From: Myxococcota bacterium
Lineage (GTDB): Bacteria; Myxococcota_A; UBA9160; JAFDDA01
Direction of reading: 5' to 3'
Assembly (NCBI GenBank): GCA_965228475.1
Contig: OZ245817.1
Location: forward strand, 928,001-992,000
DNA length: 64,000 nucleotides
How positions within the stretch are numbered: position 1 is the first letter of the stretch; each line of letters begins with the position of its first letter. The notes under the pieces are model-generated. The model had not been told where the DNA came from. It saw only the letters and a list, made by a program, of their open reading frames with translations, and ran no database searches. This document shows positions 36,264-45,553 of this stretch, one piece after another. Position numbers and translations under genes: made by a program.

Positions 36264-36297
36264 CTGGGGAGCCTGACTGGCGGGCCTGCGATGCGGC

Positions 36298-37362
36298 TCA
36301 GTTGGCGAGGCCCGGCGCTTCCTCGGCCGCCTCGAGGGCGTCGAGGCGCGTCGTGTCGTCCCAGACCGGGATCTTCGCCTCGGCGAAGCGCTCGCGGCTC
36401 CGCTCCGTGACCGCCCCCACGCGGACGAGGGCCGGCATCATCAGCTCCCGGAAGGAGTGGATCTGTCCCGGCGGGAGCTCGGCCCGCAAACCGGCCGCCC
36501 CCGCTTCGAGGAGGCTCTTCAGGAAGTCCTTGGGCTCGATCCCGACCGTCGCGAGCATCTGCAGGAAGCCCGGGTCCGGCGCCCGCCGCCCCTGGCCCTT
36601 CGGGCCGCCCTGGGCGTCGCTCATGAGCTTCACCGCCTCGAAGGCGAAGTCCGCGATGTCCTCGCGGTCGTCCGCGTGCATCTGGGCGATGGCGTCGCTC
36701 ACGTAGACGTTGCCGAAGGCGACGTGCCGGGATTCGTCCTGGAGGACGTTGTGGGTGATCGTGCGCAGGAGGTCGCACGTCGTCGCCGCGCGCATGTTGT
36801 GGAAGGCGCCGAGGGCGAGCCCCTCGACCACCATGTTCATGCCGATCGCGATCTTCACCCAGTGGTCGGCCTGGAGCGTCACGTCGATCAGCTGCTTCAG
36901 CCAGGGCGAGATCGGGTAGACGACGGCGAGCTTGTTGATGTAGCGCTCGTAGACCTCGACGTGGCGGGCCTCGTCCATGGTCTGGGTCGCGGCGTACAGC
37001 TTGGCCTCGTAGTCCGGGACGGCGTGGGTGAGGGCGGCTGCGGTCATGAGCGCCCCCTGCTCGCCGTGCAGGAACTGCGAGAGCAGGTGGCAGGACATGT
37101 GCGCCGTGAAGGCCTCCCGCTGGGAGGGGGAGAGCGCCTGGATCACCGAGAGCCGGTCGAACAGGAACTGGCTCTCGTCGAGGATCGGCTTCGAGGGGTC
37201 GACCTCGGTGTCCCAGGCGATGTCGCGTGCCGCGTCCCACTGGTGGTTCTTGGCCTTGGTGTAGAGGTTGCGGAGCTTGTCGATGTCGATCGCGTAGTCG
37301 AACTGCCAGCAGACCTCCATCGGGGTCTTCAGGATGTCCGCCGTCTGCCAGTTGGTCGCCAC
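36298..37362 (-). CDS. Ferritin-like diiron protein (AurF-like oxygenase family)
   Basis: QFLHGEQGAL, DEARH, VEGLAL, DESRH diiron motifs. Confidence 0.85.
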   Translation of the reverse strand: MATNWQTADILKTPMEVCWQFDYAIDIDKLRNLYTKAKNHQWDAARDIAWDTEVDPSKPILDESQFLFDRLSVIQALSPSQREAFTAHMSCHLLSQFLHGEQGALMTAAALTHAVPDYEAKLYAATQTMDEARHVEVYERYINKLAVVYPISPWLKQLIDVTLQADHWVKIAIGMNMVVEGLALGAFHNMRAATTCDLLRTITHNVLQDESRHVAFGNVYVSDAIAQMHADDREDIADFAFEAVKLMSDAQGGPKGQGRRAPDPGFLQMLATVGIEPKDFLKSLLEAGAAGLRAELPPGQIHSFRELMMPALVRVGAVTERSRERFAEAKIPVWDDTTRLDALEAAEEAPGLAN

Positions 37363-37405
37363 GGGAGGCCTCCACGAGGCCGTCTCCGGGACGCCTCCAT
37401 CGAGT

Positions 37406-37419
37406 TGAACGCCCGTTCA
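37406..37419. promoter_or_regulatory. Perfect palindromic operator TGAACG-CC-CGTTCA abutting the -10 (TAGAAT, minus strand 37424-37419)
   Basis: 6+2+6 inverted repeat at the predicted transcription start of the diiron gene; TetR-like geometry. Confidence 0.6.
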
Positions 37420-37640
37420 TTCTACCGGCGCGGGGAGGGCCGGAGGAAGCCCGCTTTCGGGGGCAAAACGACGCGCAAGAACGGCCCGCCCGAGCCGCAG
37501 GAAGGACCCGCATCCCGCCATTTTCGCGGGGTTCCCGTGCGGACGGGGCGTTATCCTAACGGCCCGCCGGGGCGCTACCCTGGCAGGCCGCAGCGCCGGA
37601 TCACCGGCCGCCGCGGGAACGCGACCAGGAGGCAAAGCGA

Positions 37641-38366
37641 GTGATGGCGAAGTACGGGCGGACGTGGGGAGCGCTTGGCGCTGGGATGTTGGGGCTGGCG
37701 CTCGCGGGCCTGGCCGCACCGGGAACGGCCCTCGCGGACAAGGGCGGCGATCACTACGACCGCGTCTCCCTGCGCGCGGAGCGCTCGCGCCAGGTCGCGA
37801 ACGACCGCATCCAGGCACAGTTCGGTTACACGCTCGAGGATCACGACTCCGTCGAGCTGCAGTACCGCATGAACGAGATCATGGGCTGGGCGACCGAGGT
37901 GGCGACGCACTACGAAGACGTGCGGGCCCAGACCGGCGGCTACCGCACCTTCCCGGTCTACGACAAGAACCAGCAGATCTCGCACTGGCGCGCGACCCAG
38001 GAGCTGCGCATCGAGAGCACCAACATGGACCGCATCACGGAGCTCGTGCGGGTGCTCCAGACGCGCGTGACGCTCCAGTCGGTGAACTTCTCGGTCTCGC
38101 CCGGCGAGCGCGAGCGGATCGAGAACGAGTTGATCGCGGAGGCGATCGGCGCCTTCAAGGCGCGCGCCGATCTCGTGCGCGAGGGCCTCGGCGCCGGGAG
38201 CTACAAGATCGTCCACCTCGACATCCAGACGAGCGGCACGGTTCCCTCGCCCCGTCAGATTCGCGCCATGGGCGCCATGATGGAGGCGAAGTCGGCGCCG
38301 GTCCTCGAGCCCGGCACGAGCACCGTCACCGTGGGCGTCGACGGGAAGCTGCAGCTCGGCAAGTAG
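37641..38366 (+). CDS. SIMPL (DUF541) domain periplasmic protein
   Basis: Signal peptide; V.ND, TGGYRTFPVY, W...QEL.IES, FSVS, AIGAFKARA, PG.STVTVGVDG; SD AGGAGG. Confidence 0.85.
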   Translation: MMAKYGRTWGALGAGMLGLALAGLAAPGTALADKGGDHYDRVSLRAERSRQVANDRIQAQFGYTLEDHDSVELQYRMNEIMGWATEVATHYEDVRAQTGGYRTFPVYDKNQQISHWRATQELRIESTNMDRITELVRVLQTRVTLQSVNFSVSPGERERIENELIAEAIGAFKARADLVREGLGAGSYKIVHLDIQTSGTVPSPRQIRAMGAMMEAKSAPVLEPGTSTVTVGVDGKLQLGK

Positions 38367-38521
38367 CCCCAGGGCGTCCCGCGAGGCGCGGGCCGCCTCC
38401 ACTTCCAACCCGAACCGGGCCTCCGCTCCGGCTCGAGGCCTCGATGGCCCTCGGGCCCAGGAGTGGTAGAGTCCGCCCCCCGAGCGGGCCGAGGGCCGCG
38501 ACCTCGGCACAGGAGAGAACG

Positions 38522-38848
38522 ATGGCCGGACAGAGCTTCAGGAAGTTGCGCAACAAGACGACCGCGGAGCTTCGCGAGATGGCGAAGGGCCTCGAGGGAG
38601 ACGGCCTGCCCGGCTTCTCGAACCTCTCGCGCAACGAGCTCGTGCTCGGCCTCTGCAAGGCCCTCGACGTGCCGGAGACCCAGTACAAGCACGTCGAGGC
38701 GGGCGACCGCAAGGCGCTGAAGGATCGCATCGTGGCGCTCAAGACCGAGCGCGCTGCGGCCATCGACGCCAAGGATTCGGCCCAGCTCTCGCGCGTGCGG
38801 CGCAAGATCCACCGCCTGAAGCGCCAGCTGCGGGCCGCCGCGCTCTAA
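38522..38848 (+). CDS. Small basic protein with Rho N-terminal-like helix-extension-helix domain
   Basis: KTTAELREMAKGL...GFSNLSRNELV; C-terminal basic coiled coil; SD AGGAG. Confidence 0.6.
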   Translation: MAGQSFRKLRNKTTAELREMAKGLEGDGLPGFSNLSRNELVLGLCKALDVPETQYKHVEAGDRKALKDRIVALKTERAAAIDAKDSAQLSRVRRKIHRLKRQLRAAAL

Positions 38849-38876
38849 AGCGCCTTCTCTCGGCGAAGGACGAACA

Positions 38877-38916
38877 CGAAAAAGGCCGGTGCCCCGAGAG
38901 GCACCGGCCTTTTTCG
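38877..38916. terminator. Bidirectional intrinsic terminator
   Basis: CGAAAAAGGCCGGTGCC-CCGAGA-GGCACCGGCCTTTTTCG between convergent genes. Confidence 0.9.
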
Positions 38917-38936
38917 TTTCGCTTCGGCTGCGAGCG

Positions 38937-39635
38937 CTAGGCGGTGAGCTTGCGCCGCCCGATGGCCGCCGCGGCGACGACCAGCACGCCGAGGCCCATC
39001 AGGCGCGCACTGTTCGGCTCCGGGATCACGCCCTCGCCGACGAAGACGAAGTCGGCCTTGAGCACGAGGTTGTCGGCGCCCGCTCCCACGATGCCGAGGT
39101 CCGCCGGCGAGATCTCGCCGATCGTCACGCCCTGAAGGAAGAGGGCCGACGCCACCGTGTCGAGGGAGATGAAGCCCGAGCCGTCGGTGTCGGTCGAGAT
39201 GGCGAGGTCGTCGATCACCTGGCCCCCGCCGTTCGACGCGTCGAGGTTGGCCGAGAAGTTCAGCGGATCGATCTGGTAGCTGTAGAGGTCCGGCGGGCCC
39301 GCCATGAGCAGGTTGAGCGCGCCCGGGCCGCCCGAGAGCGAGAGGTCCGTCAGGGTCATCGCCGTCAGGCCGAGGTAGCCGGGCGTGAGGGTGATGTCGA
39401 CGGGGCCGCTCGAGGTGAGGTCGAGGTCGTTCAGGACGCCGGCCTCGGCGTCGATCGTGACGCTCGAGCCGTCGAGCTGGGCCAGGTTCGAGAGCCCGAG
39501 CACCGAAGCGCCGGTGCTGGCCTCGACCCGGATCTGGCCGCTCTGGAAGACGTAGGTCATCGGAGCGGCCGTCGCGGTACCCGCGGCCACCACAAGGGCC
39601 AGGGCCATCGACCAGCTCATCGTGCGAATCTGCAT
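38937..39635 (-). CDS. PEP-CTERM sorting domain-containing surface protein
   Basis: Signal peptide; C-terminal IPEPNSARLMGLGVLVVAAAAIGRRK. Confidence 0.85.
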   Translation of the reverse strand: MQIRTMSWSMALALVVAAGTATAAPMTYVFQSGQIRVEASTGASVLGLSNLAQLDGSSVTIDAEAGVLNDLDLTSSGPVDITLTPGYLGLTAMTLTDLSLSGGPGALNLLMAGPPDLYSYQIDPLNFSANLDASNGGGQVIDDLAISTDTDGSGFISLDTVASALFLQGVTIGEISPADLGIVGAGADNLVLKADFVFVGEGVIPEPNSARLMGLGVLVVAAAAIGRRKLTA

Positions 39636-39695
39636 CCGTTCTCTCCCGTCCGGCTCGGCCGGACCTTCAGCTTCAGCTCTCGGCCCGGGGGCCGG

Positions 39696-40340
39696 CTAGT
39701 TCAACGCCTTGCGGCGAGCGTACGCGAGGCCGAGGAGCCCCACCGTGAGCCCCATCACCGAAGCGCCGGGCTCCGGGACGGTGGCCGTCAGGTCGATCGT
39801 GTGGGGCACGTAGCGGGTCTCGGTGTTCGAGATGTCGATCGGGAAGGTCAGGCCCGCGATGATCACGCCGCACTTGTAGACGCTGACCGCCGTCTCCTCG
39901 CAGTCGACGTCGATGGCCGGGGCGAGGTTCAGCGGGACCGGGACCGTCAGGATCGTCGGCCCGAAGAGCTGGTAGTTCCCCACCGCCGTGCCGATGCCCG
40001 CGCCGTTGAAGTCCGTGAGCGAACCGTTGTGGGCGAAGCTCGCGGTGTAGGTGACGTCCTGGAAGGCGATCGAGCCGACCACTCCATCGAGACCGGCGAT
40101 CGTGGCGATGGACCAGAGCGGAATCTCGAGGGCAACGTCGATCGTGGCACCGTCCGTCGTGATCGTGCCGAGCACGTTCCCACCGGCGTTGAGCTCGTAC
40201 AACTGCGTGAAGCAGAAGGCGTCGGAGCAGCCTTGGGCGAGGTCCACGGAGCCTCCGGTCACGTTGAGAGTCAGCGCCTTCGCACTACCGGGTGCGATCA
40301 GCAACAGCGAGAGCAAGAGCAGGGAGCGCTTCCCGTGCAT
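39696..40340 (-). CDS. PEP-CTERM sorting domain-containing surface protein
   Basis: Signal peptide (MHGKRSLLLLSLLL...AKA); C-terminal VPEPGASVMGLTVGLLGLAYARRK. Confidence 0.85.
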   Translation of the reverse strand: MHGKRSLLLLSLLLIAPGSAKALTLNVTGGSVDLAQGCSDAFCFTQLYELNAGGNVLGTITTDGATIDVALEIPLWSIATIAGLDGVVGSIAFQDVTYTASFAHNGSLTDFNGAGIGTAVGNYQLFGPTILTVPVPLNLAPAIDVDCEETAVSVYKCGVIIAGLTFPIDISNTETRYVPHTIDLTATVPEPGASVMGLTVGLLGLAYARRKALN

Positions 40341-40670
40341 CGTCGTATTCCACCTTCGGCTGCCACGCCAAAGGCTCGATCGCACAGGAACGCGAAGAGA
40401 CCGCTGGCGCAGTCCCCTTCCCGTTGGATGTAGGTGATCTTACGACGGGGGTTGGTGACTGTAAACCGCTGAAAATCGCAAACTTTTTCGTTTTTTTGTG
40501 GGTAGCGGGCTTCCACTTCTCGGCAGCGCGCTACCCACCCCACGGGCAACACACCGGCAGTCGCTCGACTCCCCGCGGGGAAGCGCGGGCCGCGAGGGAA
40601 CATCCTTGACGCCGGCCCGCGGAAGCCGCTTTTTTCACCGCCCGTGGCGCGAGCCACGTCAGGGGAGGGC

Positions 40671-42950
40671 ATGGCGAGAGTCTCGCGTTCAGCACGGTGG
40701 GTCCGGAGGTGCCTCCGCTTCCCCGCCGCCGTGCTCGCCCTCTGGCTCGGGCTGGCGGTGGTGGCCGCCTTCGGCGTCGTCCGGCTCGAGTTCGCGACGA
40801 CCCCGGCGAGCTTCCTCGACCGGGTGAGCGAGCCCTGGGCCTTCTACCAGTCGAGCCTCGACCGCTTCGGCGGGGACGAGATCATCGTGCTCGCCTGGGA
40901 TGCCCCTGCGCCCTTCGACGCCGCGACCCTCGCCGACGTGGAGGCGGTGACCCGCACGCTCGAAGCGATGCCGGGTGTCCGGCGCGTCGACAGCCTCGCG
41001 AGCGTGCCGGTGGTGCGGGGCGGCGCCGACGGCTCCCTTGACCTCTCCCCCGCCCTCCAGGCGGGCTCCGCCGCACCCGACGGCGTCCGCGCTGCGCTGC
41101 GCGGAGACCGCATCGCGCCGGCGAGCCTGGTTTCCGCGGACGGCAAGAGCTTCGCGGTGAACGTCCTGCTCTCCGCCGACAACACGGACGAAGAGAAGGA
41201 AGCGCTGGTCGCCCGGGCCGCTGCGCTCATGTCCGAGCGCGACGGCTCCGTCTCCGGCGTGCCGGTCTACGAAGACCGCGCCGCGCGCAGCACGCGTACG
41301 GAGATCCTGACCTTCGTGCCGGTGACGCTGCTCGTCGTCGGCCTCTTCCTCGCCTGGGTCTTCCGCAGCGGCGGCGCCATCCTCGTCCCGCTCGCGACGA
41401 GCGGCCTCGGCTCCTGGATCAACCTCGGCGTGATGGGCTTCATGGGGGAGCCGATCACGCTCACCGGGATGATGCTTCCCTCCGTGCTGCTGGCGCTCGG
41501 GACCGCCTACGTCATGCACGTGCTGGTGGCGGCGCGCGGGCTCCGCGAGACCGAAGACCTCGTCGACGCGATCGCGCCCGTGATCCCGCCGATCCTGCTC
41601 TCGGGCCTCACCACCGCCGTCGGCTTCTTCGCGATCACCACGATCCGCATCGATGCGATCCGCGCGCTCGGAGGGTACGGCGGGGTCGGCGTGCTGACGG
41701 TGCTCGCCGCGGCAGTGACGCTCGCCCCGGCGCTCCTGCGCTGGTTCCCGCTCCCGGCCCACGCCGGCGGGGGGGACCGCTTCCTGCGCGAGCGGTTCTC
41801 GCCCGGCCTCGTCGCCTGGCTCGGGCGTTTCCGCGTCCAGGTGGTCCTGGTGTGGGCGGTGCTGCTCGCCGTCACCGGCTTCGGCATCACGCGCGTGCAC
41901 GTCGAGACGGATGCCGTGCGCTGGTGGCCGCCCGGCTCCGAGATGCGCAACCACTACGAAGCCATCCGCGACCGTTTCTCCGGGATCAGCCCGATGAACG
42001 TGGTGATCGAGTCGCGCGACGGCCGCCGCGTCGTCGAGCCCGACGTCCTGGCGGCGATCGACGCCCTGGCCGCGCATCTCTCGGAATACCGGAACGTCGG
42101 CAAGGTGCTCTCGATGGCCGACCCGCTGCGCCAGCTCCACGGCGGCTTCGTCGAAGACCCCTCCCAGCCCCTGCCCGAGGGCGAAGACCTCGTCGCCCAG
42201 TACCTGCTGCTGCTCGAATCCCTCGACCATCTCCAGGACACGGTCACCTTCGACCGGCTCTCGGCCAACGTGCTCGTGCGCACCAACGACAACGGCTCGC
42301 GCGTGCTGCTCGACGTCGCCTCGGAGGCGGAGCGCTGGTGGGCGGCGAACGGGCCCGAGGACTTCTCCGCGCGCGCGACCGGCGTGATGTTCGAGTTCGC
42401 CCGTGCGGAGGAAGCCATCGCCTGGGGCCAGATCCGCGGCCTCACCCTCGCGATCCTCGCGATCGGCGGAATCCTGCTCCTGGTCTTCCGGACGCCGCTC
42501 GTGGCGGGAATCGCGCTCGTCCCGAACCTCGCGTCCCTCGGCATCATCTACGGCCTGATGGGCCTGCTCGGGATTCCCCTCGACGCCGGCACCGTGTGCA
42601 TGGGGACGCTCGCCCTCGGCATCGCCGTCGACGACACGATCCACGTGGTCGACGGCTACCGGCGCCGGCGCCACCCGAAGACGGGCTCGGGGGTGGGGCG
42701 CGCGGCGGCGCTCGTCGGCACCTACCAGCACGTGCTCCCGGCCCTCGTCTACACGAGCGTCGCGATCGCGGCCGGGTTCCTCGTGCTCGCGCTGTCGGAG
42801 TTCATGCTCACGCGCAACCTCGGCGGGGTCACGGCGGTCGTCGTGGTGATCTGCCTCGTCGCGGACACGACGCTCCTGCCCGCCGTCCTGCTCGGGCAGG
42901 ACGGGAAGGACGCGGCTTCACCGCGCGATTCAGGCGTCGGAGGCGGGTAG
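40671..42950 (+). CDS. MMPL/RND family transporter
   Basis: RFGGDE, RRVDSLA, two TM bundles, ALGIAVDDTIH, LVADTTLLPA. Confidence 0.88.
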   Translation: MARVSRSARWVRRCLRFPAAVLALWLGLAVVAAFGVVRLEFATTPASFLDRVSEPWAFYQSSLDRFGGDEIIVLAWDAPAPFDAATLADVEAVTRTLEAMPGVRRVDSLASVPVVRGGADGSLDLSPALQAGSAAPDGVRAALRGDRIAPASLVSADGKSFAVNVLLSADNTDEEKEALVARAAALMSERDGSVSGVPVYEDRAARSTRTEILTFVPVTLLVVGLFLAWVFRSGGAILVPLATSGLGSWINLGVMGFMGEPITLTGMMLPSVLLALGTAYVMHVLVAARGLRETEDLVDAIAPVIPPILLSGLTTAVGFFAITTIRIDAIRALGGYGGVGVLTVLAAAVTLAPALLRWFPLPAHAGGGDRFLRERFSPGLVAWLGRFRVQVVLVWAVLLAVTGFGITRVHVETDAVRWWPPGSEMRNHYEAIRDRFSGISPMNVVIESRDGRRVVEPDVLAAIDALAAHLSEYRNVGKVLSMADPLRQLHGGFVEDPSQPLPEGEDLVAQYLLLLESLDHLQDTVTFDRLSANVLVRTNDNGSRVLLDVASEAERWWAANGPEDFSARATGVMFEFARAEEAIAWGQIRGLTLAILAIGGILLLVFRTPLVAGIALVPNLASLGIIYGLMGLLGIPLDAGTVCMGTLALGIAVDDTIHVVDGYRRRRHPKTGSGVGRAAALVGTYQHVLPALVYTSVAIAAGFLVLALSEFMLTRNLGGVTAVVVVICLVADTTLLPAVLLGQDGKDAASPRDSGVGGG

Positions 42951-45149
42951 GCCGGACCAGCTGTCGGCGGCCTGGGGCCCGGCCGCGGGCCGGACCTCGA
43001 CGGGGATGCCCGTCAGATGCGCCATCCCGGACACGCGCTCGAGCGAGTCGGGGCCGTCGGCTGCGAGCAGGTTCACGTTCACGCCGCTCGTCTTGCTCGC
43101 CACGGAGAGGCCGCGGGCGTGCTGATGCCCCCAGCCGTGGGGCATGGCGACCGTTCCCGGCAGGAGTTCGTCGAGGAGGCGCACCGGCAGGCGGACGGTC
43201 GCCGTCGCGGATTCGACGTCGGCGAGCGCGCCATCTTCGAGGCCGATGCGCTCCGCGTCCTCCGGGTGCACGTAGAGGTGGTTCGTGTGGAGCGTCCCCG
43301 AGACGAAGTGCTCGTGGTTGTGGGTCCAGCTGTTGTGGGTCTTCACGTGGCGCTTGGTGATGAGGCGCAGGCCGCCCGCATCGCGCTCTTCCTTCGCGAA
43401 GTCCGCCTCGAGCTTGCGGCTCTGTTCGACGAGCTCCGCCGGCGCGAGGTCGACCCGGCCGTCCTCGGTAACGACGCGCTGGCCGAGGAAGTCGCCGCCG
43501 TCCTGGCGGGGCAGGGGGCGGCCGTGCGGCTCGTCGGCCAGGCCCGCGAAGCTTCCGTTGCCGGTCATGCGCAGGATCAGGGAAAGGAGTGCCTTCTGCG
43601 GGATCGCGGGCGTCTCGCCCGGGTTGCGCCGCATGTGCCAGCGCTTCGCCCACCCGAGGAAGCGCTGCACCACGGCGGATCCGAACAGCGGCGCGCCGCT
43701 CGCCTCGGCGAGGTCGAGGTAGATCGTCGCCTCGTCGCGCTGCTCGCCGTCCGAGCGCACGACGCGCTCGGTCGCCTGGAGGTAGCGCCGGGACTGCATG
43801 CCCATGAAGAGCGGGAAGAGGAAGATCAGGTCGGGCCGCTCCATGGGCGAAGTCGCGGGCAGGACGTAGTGGGCCAGGGAGGCCGTCTCGTTCAGGAAGA
43901 TGTCGGTCACGACGAGGAGCTCGAGCTCCTGGAAGGCCTTCTTCAGCCGGCCCGCGTTGGCCATGGTGATGAGCGGGTTGCCGCCGGTCACGAACAGGGC
44001 GCGGATCCGCCGGTCGCCCGGCTCGAGGATCTCGTCGGCGAGGATGCCGCCCGGGAAGGCGTCGTTCACCTTCGGAAAACCGCCGACGCGCGAGCGGTCG
44101 TCCGCGACGCCGACGCCATGCTTCACGCCGAACTTCGCGAAGTCGAAGATGCCCTGGCCGACGAGCGTGCCGCCCGGCCGGTCGAGGTTGCCGGAGACCG
44201 CGTTGATGGCCTCCTGGAGCCAGAAGCAGAGCGACCCGTTGGTGCCCATGTTGACGCCGGTCGAGGAGTAGAGCGCGGCGCCGTCGGCCTCGCGGTAGGC
44301 CGTGACCATCTCGCGGAGCTTCGTCGCCGGCACGAGCGTCACGCCCTCCGTGCGCTCCGGCGTCCAGGGCGCGGCGAGCGCCGCGAGCGCGTCGTAGCCC
44401 CGCGTGTGCCGCGCGACGGTCTCCGCGTCGACGCCGCCCGAGGCGATCAGCTCCTGCAGGAACGAGAGGAAGAAGAAGACGTCCGTGTTCGGACGGATCG
44501 CGACGTGCTCGCCCGCCGCCTTCGCCGTTTCCGTCCGACGCGGGTCGAGGATGAAGATCCGGCCGCCGCGCTCCTCGATCTCCCGCAGCCGCTTCATCGG
44601 GTTCGAGACCTGGAGGAAGCTCCACTTCGAGACCACGGGGTTCGCGCCGGCGATGATCAGGCACTCGGTGCGGTCGACGTCCGGGAAGGGCTGGGTGAAG
44701 GGGAAGCCGTAGACCTGGCGGGCCACGGCGAACTTGTTCGCGCAGTCCTGGGTGGCCGAGGCGTAGATGTTCTTCGAGCCGATCCCGTCCATGAAGCCCT
44801 TGGCGAAGATCGGGTGGAGGACGCCGAAGCCGGCCGCGGTCCCCACGTACATGGAGATCGTGTCCGGGTGGATGCCGCGCAGCTTCCGGACCTTCTCCCC
44901 GATCTCCGCGAGCGCCTGCTCCCAGGAGATGCGCTCGAAGCCGTCCCCGACCCGCTTGAGCGGGTACCGGAGCCGGTCCGGGGATTGGTAGAAGTGGTGC
45001 TGCTTCAGGCCCTTCACGCAGGCGAAGCCCTCGGTCACGACGTGCTTCGGGTCGGGCTGGATGCCGGTGATCCGCTCCCCTTCGACCTCGACTTCGAGGC
45101 CGCAGAGGCTTTCGCAGATCCGGCAGAAGGTGTGGCGGGTTTCCGGCAT
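42930..45149 (-). CDS. Molybdopterin-dependent oxidoreductase (cytoplasmic, N-terminal 4Fe-4S)
   Basis: CRICESLCG...CVKG, PDRLRYPLKR, GANPVVS, DPRRTETA, GNLDRPGG, NETASLAHYVLP, MPHGWG. Confidence 0.92.
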   Translation of the reverse strand: MPETRHTFCRICESLCGLEVEVEGERITGIQPDPKHVVTEGFACVKGLKQHHFYQSPDRLRYPLKRVGDGFERISWEQALAEIGEKVRKLRGIHPDTISMYVGTAAGFGVLHPIFAKGFMDGIGSKNIYASATQDCANKFAVARQVYGFPFTQPFPDVDRTECLIIAGANPVVSKWSFLQVSNPMKRLREIEERGGRIFILDPRRTETAKAAGEHVAIRPNTDVFFFLSFLQELIASGGVDAETVARHTRGYDALAALAAPWTPERTEGVTLVPATKLREMVTAYREADGAALYSSTGVNMGTNGSLCFWLQEAINAVSGNLDRPGGTLVGQGIFDFAKFGVKHGVGVADDRSRVGGFPKVNDAFPGGILADEILEPGDRRIRALFVTGGNPLITMANAGRLKKAFQELELLVVTDIFLNETASLAHYVLPATSPMERPDLIFLFPLFMGMQSRRYLQATERVVRSDGEQRDEATIYLDLAEASGAPLFGSAVVQRFLGWAKRWHMRRNPGETPAIPQKALLSLILRMTGNGSFAGLADEPHGRPLPRQDGGDFLGQRVVTEDGRVDLAPAELVEQSRKLEADFAKEERDAGGLRLITKRHVKTHNSWTHNHEHFVSGTLHTNHLYVHPEDAERIGLEDGALADVESATATVRLPVRLLDELLPGTVAMPHGWGHQHARGLSVASKTSGVNVNLLAADGPDSLERVSGMAHLTGIPVEVRPAAGPQAADSWSGLPASDA

Positions 45150-45233
45150 TCCGGCCGAGGATAGCCGCTGGGCCCGGCGGGGTTGCGCCGCGCCGCCGTT
45201 GGGGTACTGAATGGCCTCCCCAGGAGGAACCCC

Positions 45234-45440
45234 ATGGCTCGCGTCACCGTCGAAGACTGCATCGAGAAGGTGCCCAACCGTTTCGAGCTCGTGCACGTCG
45301 CCTCGCGGCGCACCAAGCAGCTCAAGCGCGGCGGCCGCGCCCTCGTCGAGTGCGAGAACAAGGAAGTCGTGACCTCCCTGCGCGAGATCGCCGACGGCCT
45401 GGTCGGCCCGGCTCGCGAGGAGGAGGAGGTCGAAGCGTAG
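45234..45440 (+). CDS. rpoZ: DNA-directed RNA polymerase subunit omega
   Basis: MARVTVEDC...NRFELV..AS.R..QL...[20 protein letters not shown]. Confidence 0.95.
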   Translation: MARVTVEDCIEKVPNRFELVHVASRRTKQLKRGGRALVECENKEVVTSLREIADGLVGPAREEEEVEA

Positions 45441-45515
45441 GCTTCGCCCCTCAAGGTCCCCTCGGGGAACTCATTTCCCTCCAGAAATACCTCAAATTCG
45501 GCTAGGCCCGCCTGC

Positions 45516-45545
45516 TTGACGCGGGGGAAAACCGGCACGTAGGAT
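45516..45545 (+). promoter_or_regulatory. Sigma70-type promoter of the TetR pair
   Basis: TTGACG-N18-TAGGAT, 8 nt before GTG 45554. Confidence 0.6.
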
Positions 45546-45553
45546 CGGAAACC

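Noticed and set aside
36019..36276. 85-aa ORF across the candidate sRNA locus, and its antisense 70-aa ORF
   Set aside because: No SD, starts before the predicted sigma54 start site, crosses two terminator-like hairpins, atypical codon usage; a short peptide cannot be fully excluded
40341..40440. c-di-GMP-I riboswitch upstream of the PEP-CTERM genes (GGCAGCCG-like end)
   Set aside because: No GGCAAA..GAAA..GACGCAAA core is visible
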